A stretch of 64,000 bases of DNA. It comes from an uncultured Aquiluna sp. (GTDB lineage Bacteria; Actinomycetota; Actinomycetes; Actinomycetales; Microbacteriaceae). The stretch is from positions 19,765 through 83,764 of the forward strand of contig CAZQZY010000001.1 of assembly GCA_964597935.1 (NCBI GenBank), written 5' to 3'. The position numbers were made by a program, and so were the translations under genes. The notes under the pieces are model-generated. The model was not told where the DNA came from. It made no database searches and worked only from the letters and a program-made list of their open reading frames with translations. The stretch's first letter is position 1. Each line of letters opens with the position of its first letter. Positions 53,318 to 62,083 of the stretch are shown piece by piece.

Positions 53318-54148
53318 GTGAATCAATTGGCTAGCGATTTGACCATGGGTCCTGTGACGCTTCGCGTCGCTGACCTCGATCTGATGACCAGGTACTACAC
53401 ACAGAACCTGGGTCTGGTGGTTATAGCTGAGAATTTGGGGAGCCGAGTCCTAGGTGGAGCTAAATCATCAGCTCTGATTCTCGAACACTCTCCGGAACTG
53501 AAGCACGCTGGCCCAAGTGAGGCGGGCCTATTTCACACAGCCTTCTTGTTTGAAACGCAGGCTGGATTAGCTCAAGCGGTTGCCGCAACCGCCAGCAACT
53601 ATCCGAACACATTTACTGGATCAGCAGACCATCTGGTCTCTGAGGCGTTTTACTTCGACGATCCCGAGGGTAACGGGGTAGAGCTCTACTTCGATCGGGA
53701 ACGCACTTCGTGGTCTTGGCAGCATGGCCAGATCCAAATGGACACTCTGTTTTTGGATCCAAACGAATACCTCAAAACCCACATCGCTGAGACGAAGGCC
53801 AGTGATGTCCCGGTTATTGGGCACGTGCACCTAAGTGTCGGAAACATTGCCCAGGCAAAGGATTTCTACGTCGACCAGCTTGGTTTCGATGTGACTATGA
53901 ATTGGGGCGGGACTGCGCTCTTTGTCTCGGTTGGCGGCTACCACCACCACATGGCTATGAACGTGTGGCGCTCACGAGGAGCCGGCCGCAGGCAGCCAAC
54001 GCTTGGCTTGAGAGATGTTTCTCTGGTGCTTCCGGATGCTGATGCTCTCGCCGCTGCAGTGGATCGTATAACTGGGATTCAGCAGGTTGGTGAACAGGCT
54101 TTTGCGACCGAGGATCCCTGGGGCAATCAGCTAACCCTGAGTGTCTAG
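53318..54148 (+). CDS. VOC-family protein (CatE-like catechol 2,3-dioxygenase)
   Basis: GLFHTAF, DHLVSEAFYFDDPEGNGVELY, GHVHL, GGYHHHMAMNVW. Confidence 0.85.
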   Translation: MNQLASDLTMGPVTLRVADLDLMTRYYTQNLGLVVIAENLGSRVLGGAKSSALILEHSPELKHAGPSEAGLFHTAFLFETQAGLAQAVAATASNYPNTFTGSADHLVSEAFYFDDPEGNGVELYFDRERTSWSWQHGQIQMDTLFLDPNEYLKTHIAETKASDVPVIGHVHLSVGNIAQAKDFYVDQLGFDVTMNWGGTALFVSVGGYHHHMAMNVWRSRGAGRRQPTLGLRDVSLVLPDADALAAAVDRITGIQQVGEQAFATEDPWGNQLTLSV

Positions 54149-54426
54149 CGCTTCTTCACTGTAGTCAGGGCGTAGCCACCGGCGACAATTAGGGCCAGTG
54201 GTCCAACAAAGTCCAAACCTGAGAACCAATCGGTCCAACTGTTGGCAATCACGAAGCCCAAACCTAAGACCCCGACGCCAATGAGGCTGAATCCGATGCC
54301 CCTGGTGACACGAGGGTCAACTTTGTTTAGGTCCTCCCGAGAGGTGGCGGTTAATTTGTTGCAACTCGGGCAGCGGAAATCGTGCTCGGTGATCTCAGCT
54401 TGGCAGTGAGGGCAATTCGTGTTCAT
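54145..54426 (-). CDS. small zinc-ribbon membrane protein
   Basis: CPHC...CPSC followed by two TM segments; leaderless TAGTGT-N6-ATG. Confidence 0.7.
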   Translation of the reverse strand: MNTNCPHCQAEITEHDFRCPSCNKLTATSREDLNKVDPRVTRGIGFSLIGVGVLGLGFVIANSWTDWFSGLDFVGPLALIVAGGYALTTVKKR

Positions 54427-54484
54427 AGCTAAACACTAGACCTCGATTCGCATGCCAATAGGCTTTGACTGATTGGAGATTTCG

Positions 54485-54991
54485 ATGAGCTCTGCCTTAA
54501 TGGTTGTCGATGTTCAAGTGAGCATGTTTTTTGGTCCTTGGCCGGTCTCCGATGCGCAGGCCCTTCTGAAGCGAATTGGCGATCGAGTGCTTGAGGCCAG
54601 ACTGGCATCACAACCGGTCATCTTTGTTCAAAACGATGGACCTGCGGATGAGATGGATGCCCCGGGTGAGCCGTGGTGGGAATTGGTTCTGGCACCTAAA
54701 GAAAATGAGCTAGTGGTTCGCAAAACCACGCAGGACGTTTTCGAATCCAACCCTGACCTCGCGGACAACTTGCGGGCCAGGGGGATAACTTCGCTTGAAC
54801 TGGTTGGCGTGCAGTCTGATATGTGCCTGAGGTCCAGCGCTTTGGGAGCCAAGCGGAACGGATTTGATGTTGTTGTCAAACGCGAACTCCACTCCACCTA
54901 CGACGGAGGATTTCCCGGTTCAGACGATCCAACACCTGCAGCCGCTATTTCTGATCGAGTGCAGGCCGAACTGCAAGAGGTTCTATCTTGA
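54485..54991 (+). CDS. isochorismatase-family cysteine hydrolase
   Basis: ALMVVDVQ, VRKT, GVQSDMC (D-K-C triad). Confidence 0.85.
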   Translation: MSSALMVVDVQVSMFFGPWPVSDAQALLKRIGDRVLEARLASQPVIFVQNDGPADEMDAPGEPWWELVLAPKENELVVRKTTQDVFESNPDLADNLRARGITSLELVGVQSDMCLRSSALGAKRNGFDVVVKRELHSTYDGGFPGSDDPTPAAAISDRVQAELQEVLS

Positions 54992-55908
54992 ACAACCTAG
55001 TTGCGCTGGAGCCCAAACAATTTCCAGCCTATGTCGAGGCGATTGAGGCCTCCGGAGGCAAAGTATCACCACTAACCGTCGACGTTAGGGCTTTGGTTTG
55101 GACCGATTACTCAGATCCCGAAGGCCTTGCCGATGCAATCGCAAAGAACCCTCAGCTTGAGTGGGTGCAGCTTCCCTTTGCTGGGGTCGATGCGTTCTCA
55201 GAATTACTTGAACTACCAGTGACATTTACTTCAGCAAAAAGGTCTTACTCGGAGCCTGTTGCAGAGCACGCACTAATGCTCGCCATGGCGCTCGGGAGGG
55301 TTATACCCAAGCGCGTGAAAGCGATGAGTTGGGGCGAGAAGTATGCAGACTCGCTTTATGACGAGCAGGTTGCGATTGTCGGCGGCGGCGGAATCGCACA
55401 GGAGCTGGTCAAGCTCTTAGCACCGTTTCGCGCCAGGGTTACCGTCGTCAGAAAGCGTCCGGACCAAGACTTTGACGGTCACGGCATCGCTCGCGTGACT
55501 GGTTTTGAGCAACTTGATCAGGTGCTTGCCAAATCAAAGTTTGTATTCCTGGCCTGCGCACTCACTGCTGAGACTCGCTTCTTGTTTGATGCCACTCGAT
55601 TTCAGCAGATGATGCCGCATTCCTACCTAATCAACGTTGCTCGAGGTGAGGTGGTGAATCAGGAGGATCTTCTGAGGGCACTAGATTCTGGGCTGCTTGC
55701 CGGCGCAGCCACGGACGTAACTTACCCGGAGCCGCTTCCTGAGGGACACCCAATGTGGGGGAGGGATGACCTAATCATCACCCCACACACAGCCGATACC
55801 AAACCGATTGTCACCCGCCTGTTTGCACTTCGCCTTCGGGAAAACGTCTCGGCCTGGCTCAATAAGCAGCCACTCACCGGGGTGGTCGATCCCAAGCTGG
55901 GGTATTGA
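54988..55908 (+). CDS. D-isomer-specific 2-hydroxyacid dehydrogenase
   Basis: AGVD, VAEHAL, GGGGIA, INVARG, TDV..PEPLP, TPHTA. Confidence 0.88.
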   Translation: MNNLVALEPKQFPAYVEAIEASGGKVSPLTVDVRALVWTDYSDPEGLADAIAKNPQLEWVQLPFAGVDAFSELLELPVTFTSAKRSYSEPVAEHALMLAMALGRVIPKRVKAMSWGEKYADSLYDEQVAIVGGGGIAQELVKLLAPFRARVTVVRKRPDQDFDGHGIARVTGFEQLDQVLAKSKFVFLACALTAETRFLFDATRFQQMMPHSYLINVARGEVVNQEDLLRALDSGLLAGAATDVTYPEPLPEGHPMWGRDDLIITPHTADTKPIVTRLFALRLRENVSAWLNKQPLTGVVDPKLGY

Positions 55909-56516
55909 TGGAGCTGAGTAACTGGCTTCTTTATACAGCCGCTGCCCTGGGGTTATCACTAACCCCAGGACCTAATGGTCTATTGGCACTCACTCACGGC
56001 GCACTCTATGGCACTCGGCGAACGATAGCCACAATCTTGGGCGGTGGCCTCGGGTTCACAATCGTGATCGGGCTCTCGATGTTTGGAATTGGGGCACTAC
56101 TTGCCGCCAATGCCGAACTTATCTTTTGGCTGAAGTGGCTGGGGGGTGCTTACCTGGTTTTCTTGGGAATTCAGGTATGGAGGTCTGAGCCGATCGGAAC
56201 AGCGGCTGCGAAAAGTGAAAAATCTAGGCCCTGGTCCTTGTTCCAAGCTGGGCTCTACTCCGCGGTTTCAAACCCTAAGGGCATTTTGTTTTTCGTGGCA
56301 TTTTTGCCTCAGTTCATAGAGCCCGAAAAACCACTGTTCCTTCAGTTCTTGATTATGGCCGGAACCTTCTTTGTGATCGAGTTTTGCTATGAACTAACCG
56401 TGGCTGCATTTGCCGACAGGATCACACCGTGGCTTCGCAGGGTAGGAAAAAACTTCAACCGAGTTTTTGGCTCTGTGTTTATAGCAATCGGCGTGCTGCT
56501 TCCGCTGCGCGGTTAG
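55908..56516 (+). CDS. LysE/RhtB-family amino acid exporter
   Basis: LTPGPN, GGAYLVFLG, SNPK.ILFFVAFLPQF. Confidence 0.88.
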   Translation: MELSNWLLYTAAALGLSLTPGPNGLLALTHGALYGTRRTIATILGGGLGFTIVIGLSMFGIGALLAANAELIFWLKWLGGAYLVFLGIQVWRSEPIGTAAAKSEKSRPWSLFQAGLYSAVSNPKGILFFVAFLPQFIEPEKPLFLQFLIMAGTFFVIEFCYELTVAAFADRITPWLRRVGKNFNRVFGSVFIAIGVLLPLRG

Positions 56517-56974
56517 ATCCCTAGCTCGTTGCGGAGCATCTCGATGTGACCCTTGGCCTTGACGTTGTAAAACACGTGGCTGAGTTTTCCGGTCTCGTCC
56601 ACTACGAAGGTCGAGCGGATGGTACCCATGTAGGTCTTGCCATACATGCTCTTCTCTCCGTAAGCACCGTATGCCTGTTGAACCGCATTATCGGGGTCGG
56701 AGAGCAGGTCGAAGTTCAGGCTCTCCTTGTCTTTGAATTTCTTCAACTTTCCGGGCTGGTCTGGCGAGATTCCCAAGACGGTGTAACCGGCAGACTTTAG
56801 CGAGTTGATGTTGTCCCTAATTTCGCAGGCCTGGGTTGTGCAACCCGGAGTTGCAGCGGCGGGGTAGAAGTAAACAACAACCTTCTGCCCTGCAAATGAG
56901 GACAGGCTCACCTCTTGCTCGTCCTGATTCCTCAGGGAGAATCCGGGTGCTACTTCACCAATCTTTACGCTCAT
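56513..56974 (-). CDS. bcp: peroxiredoxin BCP/PrxQ, two Cys
   Basis: YFYPAAATPGCTTQAC, GISPD, YGAYGEKSMYGK, RST. Confidence 0.92.
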   Translation of the reverse strand: MSVKIGEVAPGFSLRNQDEQEVSLSSFAGQKVVVYFYPAAATPGCTTQACEIRDNINSLKSAGYTVLGISPDQPGKLKKFKDKESLNFDLLSDPDNAVQQAYGAYGEKSMYGKTYMGTIRSTFVVDETGKLSHVFYNVKAKGHIEMLRNELGI

Positions 56975-57306
56975 GTCAGTTGCCTTTCATCCTGCTTTTG
57001 CTTCGTTTCCTTGGGAGCGAGTCGCTCAAGTTTTAGCCATACCGACATCGTGAGCACCACGAGGCTGAAGCCGAAGAGCAGGTCCTCGAGTGGTGCGTTG
57101 ACAATCCGGATACCCATAATGGCATTTTCGCCATAGGTGACAATTTCGGTGCCGGTGAGATAGCCGTTGGTGATCAGCTGGAAGAAGATCACTATCGAGT
57201 AAGCAATGTAAAAGCTGGTGCGTTGAAAGAGCCCGGTCTTTAGAACGTTGGACTCCAGAAAGATTGTGATTGCAACAGCACATAGGGCTAGAACCGTATA
57301 GGTCAT
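56971..57306 (-). CDS. heterodimeric lycopene cyclase subunit (CrtYd-like)
   Basis: MTYT, FQLITNGYLTG, APLEDLLFGF (PxE motif). Confidence 0.82.
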   Translation of the reverse strand: MTYTVLALCAVAITIFLESNVLKTGLFQRTSFYIAYSIVIFFQLITNGYLTGTEIVTYGENAIMGIRIVNAPLEDLLFGFSLVVLTMSVWLKLERLAPKETKQKQDERQLT

Positions 57307-57659
57307 GGAGTCACCCTTTCTGCCCGGCGCTCTTGAAACTCAAGCAGCATTCGATAGGCCGCACGGGTCCCCTCCATGGTTAGCACCGAGGCAATCGGGA
57401 TCAGAATGAAAAAGAGGTATTCCTCCAGGGGGATGTCGAAAGGTCCATAAATGCCAAGGATCTGATCCTTATCGAAAAACCAGTGACCTTGGGAAACTGC
57501 GTAGGCATCCCAGATGATGAACCAGGGGGCAACAAGCAGAACAGTGGCACCAAGACGAATTGGATTTCTCAGCACCCGCAGCTTGAAAGCCCATTCCAGC
57601 CACCAAGAACCGCAGACCACAAACAGCAGCATCGCGAAGTATGACCACTGCCCGAACAT
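57303..57659 (-). CDS. heterodimeric lycopene cyclase subunit (CrtYc-like)
   Basis: WDAYAV..GHW.F, IPLEEYLFF; ATG 57659 with AGGAG SD. Confidence 0.82.
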   Translation of the reverse strand: MFGQWSYFAMLLFVVCGSWWLEWAFKLRVLRNPIRLGATVLLVAPWFIIWDAYAVSQGHWFFDKDQILGIYGPFDIPLEEYLFFILIPIASVLTMEGTRAAYRMLLEFQERRAERVTP

Positions 57660-57668
57660 AGTGCTCCT

Positions 57669-58640
57669 GTGACTAAACTCAGCCCTGTGCTGCAATCAGA
57701 ACTGAAGCTGCTGGTTCAACTTCGAACCATCTCTAGATACAGCATTTTGTTTGGAACTTTTATTTCAATTCCGCTGAGTTTTTTCTTTCCGAATCAGCTG
57801 CTTTGGCAGGTCGTACTGGCACTGATCGCTCTTGCGATTGGAACCCCACACGGAGCCGTCGATCACCTCATCACGGTTCCCAAGTTCAGGTTTCTCAAGA
57901 TGACACTCTTCATCCTTGGCTACCTCGCCGTGACAGGTCTCGCAATCTGGTTCCTGATTGCAAACAACCTGCTGGGCTTTCAATTGATCGTTTTGATTAG
58001 CGCGATCCATTTCGGAATCGGTGATGCATCGTTTATCTCTGAGATTGACAATCGGACAACCAACATCGGGCTGCCCAAAATCACCTACGCTCTAGCGGCT
58101 GGATTTACCCCGGTATTTCTACCGCTCCTTGGAGATGGCTCGACCGAGGCGTTGACGGCCGTTAACCCAAACCTCGTTGGCTGGGCACTTGGTTTTGAAA
58201 ACGAGCTTTTCTGGTTGATCGCAGCGCTCAACCTGGTAGCGGTAACCGTGATGGCCTTGAGAAGGCGTTGGAATGAGGTGGTTGATCTGCTGCTACTTCT
58301 TGGCATCAGTTTGGTAGCGCCACCACTGGTCGCCTTCGCTTTCTACTTTGGTCTCTGGCACGCCCTGCGTCATACCGGACGATTGACATTGGAGTATGAA
58401 AAGTCGCAGCTTCTGCATGCCCAAGGCAAGAGCTGGCCAAGTTTCTTCAAAGCATTCAACGCAGGCGTTCCAGCGCTCTTGCTGGTGCTTGGATTCACGG
58501 TGGTTTGGGCCCAGGTGGCTGGATTTAGTCTGCCTGCGGAACTTCTTTGGTTGCTGCTGGTGGTGATCTGGGCACTTACCGTGCCACACATGGCGCTAAC
58601 CGCAAGATTGGATGCCAAAGCGATGGGAGTAAGAAGTTGA
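57669..58640 (+). CDS. blh: Brp/Blh beta-carotene 15,15'-dioxygenase
   Basis: GTPHGAVDH, SAIHFG.GD, YFGLWHALRH, ALTVPHM; start may be GTG 57687 (TAAACT-N7). Confidence 0.9.
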   Translation: MTKLSPVLQSELKLLVQLRTISRYSILFGTFISIPLSFFFPNQLLWQVVLALIALAIGTPHGAVDHLITVPKFRFLKMTLFILGYLAVTGLAIWFLIANNLLGFQLIVLISAIHFGIGDASFISEIDNRTTNIGLPKITYALAAGFTPVFLPLLGDGSTEALTAVNPNLVGWALGFENELFWLIAALNLVAVTVMALRRRWNEVVDLLLLLGISLVAPPLVAFAFYFGLWHALRHTGRLTLEYEKSQLLHAQGKSWPSFFKAFNAGVPALLLVLGFTVVWAQVAGFSLPAELLWLLLVVIWALTVPHMALTARLDAKAMGVRS

Positions 58641-59239
58641 TTTCTGCAGCCACCGGATTTCTGACAGGTCTATCTCTGATAGTCGCCATCGGTGCCCAGA
58701 ACGCATTTGTTTTGAGGCAAGGCCTAAGGCGAGAACACGTCTTTGCGATAGTGCTTTTTGCCGCAGTCAGCGATGCAGTTTTGATCATCGTTGGCATTGC
58801 AGGCTTAGGTGCTGTTATCCAGGGTTACCCAATAGCTCTGGAGGTAATCAGATACTTCGGTGCCGCCTATCTCATCTGGTTCGGTGTCTCTGCGCTTCGT
58901 CGAGCTTTGAACCCAAGCGTGCTCGAAGCGGGCCAGGGTTCAGGAATCTCGATAGCTAAGGCCATTGCCACCGTTGCAGCGCTTACTTATCTGAATCCTC
59001 ATGTATACCTCGACACCGTGATCCTGTTGGGCGGGATCGGCAACCAATTCGGATCTGAAAGGTGGCTCTTTGCCATCGGTGCGGCAACGGCATCTTTCGT
59101 TTGGTTTTTCTCACTGGGTTACTTCGCCAAGTTGCTCTCTCGATTTGTCTCGAGCCCCAAGTTTTGGCGAATTCTCGATGGCTTTATTGCGTTAGTTATG
59201 TTCAGCATCGCAGTGCTGCTTCTCACATACGAGTTTTAG
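58637..59239 (+). CDS. LysE/ArgO-family exporter
   Basis: LIVAIGAQNAFVLRQG, LNPHVYLDTV; start set at TTG overlapping the blh stop. Confidence 0.88.
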   Translation: MISAATGFLTGLSLIVAIGAQNAFVLRQGLRREHVFAIVLFAAVSDAVLIIVGIAGLGAVIQGYPIALEVIRYFGAAYLIWFGVSALRRALNPSVLEAGQGSGISIAKAIATVAALTYLNPHVYLDTVILLGGIGNQFGSERWLFAIGAATASFVWFFSLGYFAKLLSRFVSSPKFWRILDGFIALVMFSIAVLLLTYEF

Positions 59240-59254
59240 GCGGAGAATTAGCCC

Positions 59255-60397
59255 ATGGGATTTGACGAGAGTTCACTCACTAACTTCGCTAGTCGCTCCA
59301 GTTCTAAATGGCGCAGGTTTGCACCCGATGTCTTGCCGATGCATGTTGCCGAGATGGACTTTGAGGTCGCCAACGAGATTCGAGCCACTTTGGCCGACTT
59401 GGTCTCAAGGTCAGACCTTGGCTATCTGGGTCCGATTCCCGAACTTGCCGAAGCTTTTGAGGGGTATGCCAAGAAGGTTTGGGGTTGGCAAATTGAGAAG
59501 GCAAATCTAAAACTAGCCACTGATGTTGGAGTTGCAGCGGTCGAGATTTTGCGAGCTGTGGCAAAGCCAGGGGACAGGGTGCTGATCAACTCGCCCGTCT
59601 ACTCAAGTTTTTACCACTGGATCCACGAGGTCGGATTAGTCGAATACGATGCCCCACTTCGAATCGAAGGAAATTCCTGGCGTTTGGATCTTGCGGCCAT
59701 TGAGGCTGCCTTCAAAGCTGGTGTGAAGATCTACCTGCTTTGCTCGCCGCAGAACCCAGTTGGCACGATCCACACCAAGAAAGAGCTGCAGGCGGTTTCG
59801 GATCTGGCAAACCAGTACGGGGTTTTAGTGATCTCCGACGAGATACACGCACCCCTTAGTTTCGAGGAGTTCACTCCATACTTGAGTGTTCCTGGAGCCG
59901 AGCGAAACGGTGTGGTAATCACCTCAAGTTCAAAAGCTTGGAACACGGCAGGCCTAAAGGCCGGCTTCCTCATCTTCCAATCCGCGGAGGTTGGAGAAAA
60001 GCTCAAGGCGATTCCCGATGCCATGCACTGGCGTAGCTCACTCTTGGGAGCGTTCTCAATGGTCAGTGCGTTCCGCGACTGCGGTTACTGGATTGATGAA
60101 ACCAATGCACGCTTGCGGGCAAACCTTGAGCACCTGAGGGCTGAGGTTGCGAGACAGCTACCAAAGGCAAAGATGTTTGACCACGCGGCAACTTACCTAG
60201 CTTGGATTGATTTGAGTGACTACGGATTCGAAAATCCGCAGCAGGAGATTCTCAAGCAAAAGGTTGCGGTTGTTCCGGGGGATGATCATGCACCCAAAAA
60301 CGAATACTCCAAGTTTGTGAGATTCAACTTCGCAACCTCGAAGGAGCGGATCACCGAGGCAGTTTCTCGAATGCGTCTAGCCCTTGAGGGCAAGTAG
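59255..60397 (+). CDS. MalY/PatB-family PLP-dependent C-S lyase (cystathionine beta-lyase)
   Basis: SSKW, PMHVAEMDF, CSPQNPVG, SDEIH, SSSKAWN, TYLAWID. Confidence 0.88.
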   Translation: MGFDESSLTNFASRSSSKWRRFAPDVLPMHVAEMDFEVANEIRATLADLVSRSDLGYLGPIPELAEAFEGYAKKVWGWQIEKANLKLATDVGVAAVEILRAVAKPGDRVLINSPVYSSFYHWIHEVGLVEYDAPLRIEGNSWRLDLAAIEAAFKAGVKIYLLCSPQNPVGTIHTKKELQAVSDLANQYGVLVISDEIHAPLSFEEFTPYLSVPGAERNGVVITSSSKAWNTAGLKAGFLIFQSAEVGEKLKAIPDAMHWRSSLLGAFSMVSAFRDCGYWIDETNARLRANLEHLRAEVARQLPKAKMFDHAATYLAWIDLSDYGFENPQQEILKQKVAVVPGDDHAPKNEYSKFVRFNFATSKERITEAVSRMRLALEGK

Positions 60398-61600
60398 CAG
60401 GTCTTCGATTAGGTCCTGCGAGTTTTCCAATCCGACGGAAAGTCTCAGAGTCCCCTCTGAAATCCCCATTCGCTGACGGGTCTCAGGGTCCAATCGACGG
60501 TGCGTCGATGATGCCGGGTGAGTGATCAGTGATCTGGAGTCTCCCAAGTTGTTGGAGATGTCGATCACTTCGAGGCGGTTCATCAGACCAAATGCTTGTT
60601 CCTTGGACTCAAGCTCAATAGCCAAAGTGGTGCCGCCCTTGAGCATCTGTTTCTGAGCCAGCTTGCGCTGAGGGTGTGAATCTAAGAATGGATGATGGAC
60701 TGCTTTGACGCCAGCTGCCCCCTCAAGATGTTGGGCAATTGACAACGCAGAGTCGGCCATCTTATTCACCCTTAGCTCCATGGTTTCCAGTGACTTCAAC
60801 AGCACCCAGGCATTGAATGGGCTCAGCGATGGACCGGTGTGGCGGGTGAACGGCTTTAGGTGGTTGTCGATGTAATCCTTTGAGCCAAGCAGCGCCCCAC
60901 CTAAGACTCGACCCTGGCCGTCGATGTGCTTGGTCGCGGAATACATCACCACATCAGCGCCAAACTCGAGTGGTTTTTGGAGTACCGGTGACGCCATGAC
61001 GTTATCGACGATCAACAGCGCACCCGCTTTTTTGGATAGCTCGGCAACCATCGCGATGTCGACAATCTCCATCATCGGGTTCGATGGCGTCTCGATAAAC
61101 ACAGCCTTAGCCGGGGTGGAAAGCGCTCTCTTCCATGCCTCGTAGCTGTTATCTGTCACCACCTCGACAGTCACGCCCCACTTGGGCAAGATCTCAGTCA
61201 GCACCACATAGCAGGAGGAGAACATGGCACCCGATGCAACAACTCGATCTCCGGCTGCGACCAGGCAGGCAACCGATGCAAACATCGCGCTCATGCCGCT
61301 ACCGGTTGCGTGAGCAGCTTCTGCACCCTCCAGAAGCGCTAAGCGCTCCTCAAACATCTGAACCGTTGGGTTAGAAAAGCGCGAGTAAAGGTGGTGCTCC
61401 TCAGTCTCGGCAAAGCTTGCCTCGGCCTGCTCGGCAGAATCGTAGGTGAAGCCGGAATTTAGAAAGAGTGCTTCCGAAGTCTCTTGAAAACCGGTGCGGG
61501 TCAGGGCGCCACGCAGCGCAATCGTGTCCGGCCTGAGTTCACGCTCAGTTGGCGTTGAACTCGATGTGTTGTAACCCCAGGGGCGATTGCGCTTTGTCAT
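60377..61600 (-). CDS. metZ: O-succinylhomoserine sulfhydrylase
   Basis: RTGFQETSEALFL, YSRFSNPT, YSATKHIDGQGR, ISNNLGD; start set at ATG 61600. Confidence 0.9.
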   Translation of the reverse strand: MTKRNRPWGYNTSSSTPTERELRPDTIALRGALTRTGFQETSEALFLNSGFTYDSAEQAEASFAETEEHHLYSRFSNPTVQMFEERLALLEGAEAAHATGSGMSAMFASVACLVAAGDRVVASGAMFSSCYVVLTEILPKWGVTVEVVTDNSYEAWKRALSTPAKAVFIETPSNPMMEIVDIAMVAELSKKAGALLIVDNVMASPVLQKPLEFGADVVMYSATKHIDGQGRVLGGALLGSKDYIDNHLKPFTRHTGPSLSPFNAWVLLKSLETMELRVNKMADSALSIAQHLEGAAGVKAVHHPFLDSHPQRKLAQKQMLKGGTTLAIELESKEQAFGLMNRLEVIDISNNLGDSRSLITHPASSTHRRLDPETRQRMGISEGTLRLSVGLENSQDLIEDLLLALKG

Positions 61601-61639
61601 TGCCCAAAAACATACCCGCAAACCCATAGTCTTTGCAGC

Positions 61640-62083
61640 GTGGAATCAAAAGTTGTCGATCTTGCAGCCAGGCTTTTTCAGCAGCATGGGATTGTCAACT
61701 ATTCATTTGGATTCGATCGAGCCATCCGTAGAGCGGGTCTGTGCGACTACACCAAGCGCAGAATAACGATTTCGAAGCACCTGGTTGCCAACGGCGACAT
61801 GGAGCAAATCGAGCAGGTTTTACTCCACGAAATAGCCCACGCACTAGTTGGTAAAGCCGCTGGTCATGGGAGGCTGTGGCGAGCGAAGGCCAGCGAAATT
61901 GGCTATCGTCACGAACGAATCGATGGAGCCTCGCTGGCAGCCAGTTCGGCAAAGTGGCGCGGGGTATGTCCTGGAAATCACGAGCACTTCAGATCAAGAC
62001 GTCCAACCAGGCAGCTCTCGTGCAAGCTTTGCGCACCGAGCTTTTCGAGGCGCTATCTAATTAGTTGGGCTGAGGCCCAATAA
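61640..62083 (+). CDS. SprT-like zinc metalloprotease
   Basis: RRAGLC, LLHEIAHAL, HG..W, C-terminal Cys/His ribbon. Confidence 0.85.
   Translation: MESKVVDLAARLFQQHGIVNYSFGFDRAIRRAGLCDYTKRRITISKHLVANGDMEQIEQVLLHEIAHALVGKAAGHGRLWRAKASEIGYRHERIDGASLAASSAKWRGVCPGNHEHFRSRRPTRQLSCKLCAPSFSRRYLISWAEAQ

Noticed and set aside
53152-56516. Genomic island integrated at tRNA-Lys
   Set aside because: No integrase, no duplicated tRNA 3' end seen, and no obvious compositional shift
61601-61639. SAM riboswitch before metZ
   Set aside because: The 39-bp divergent gap is filled by promoter elements
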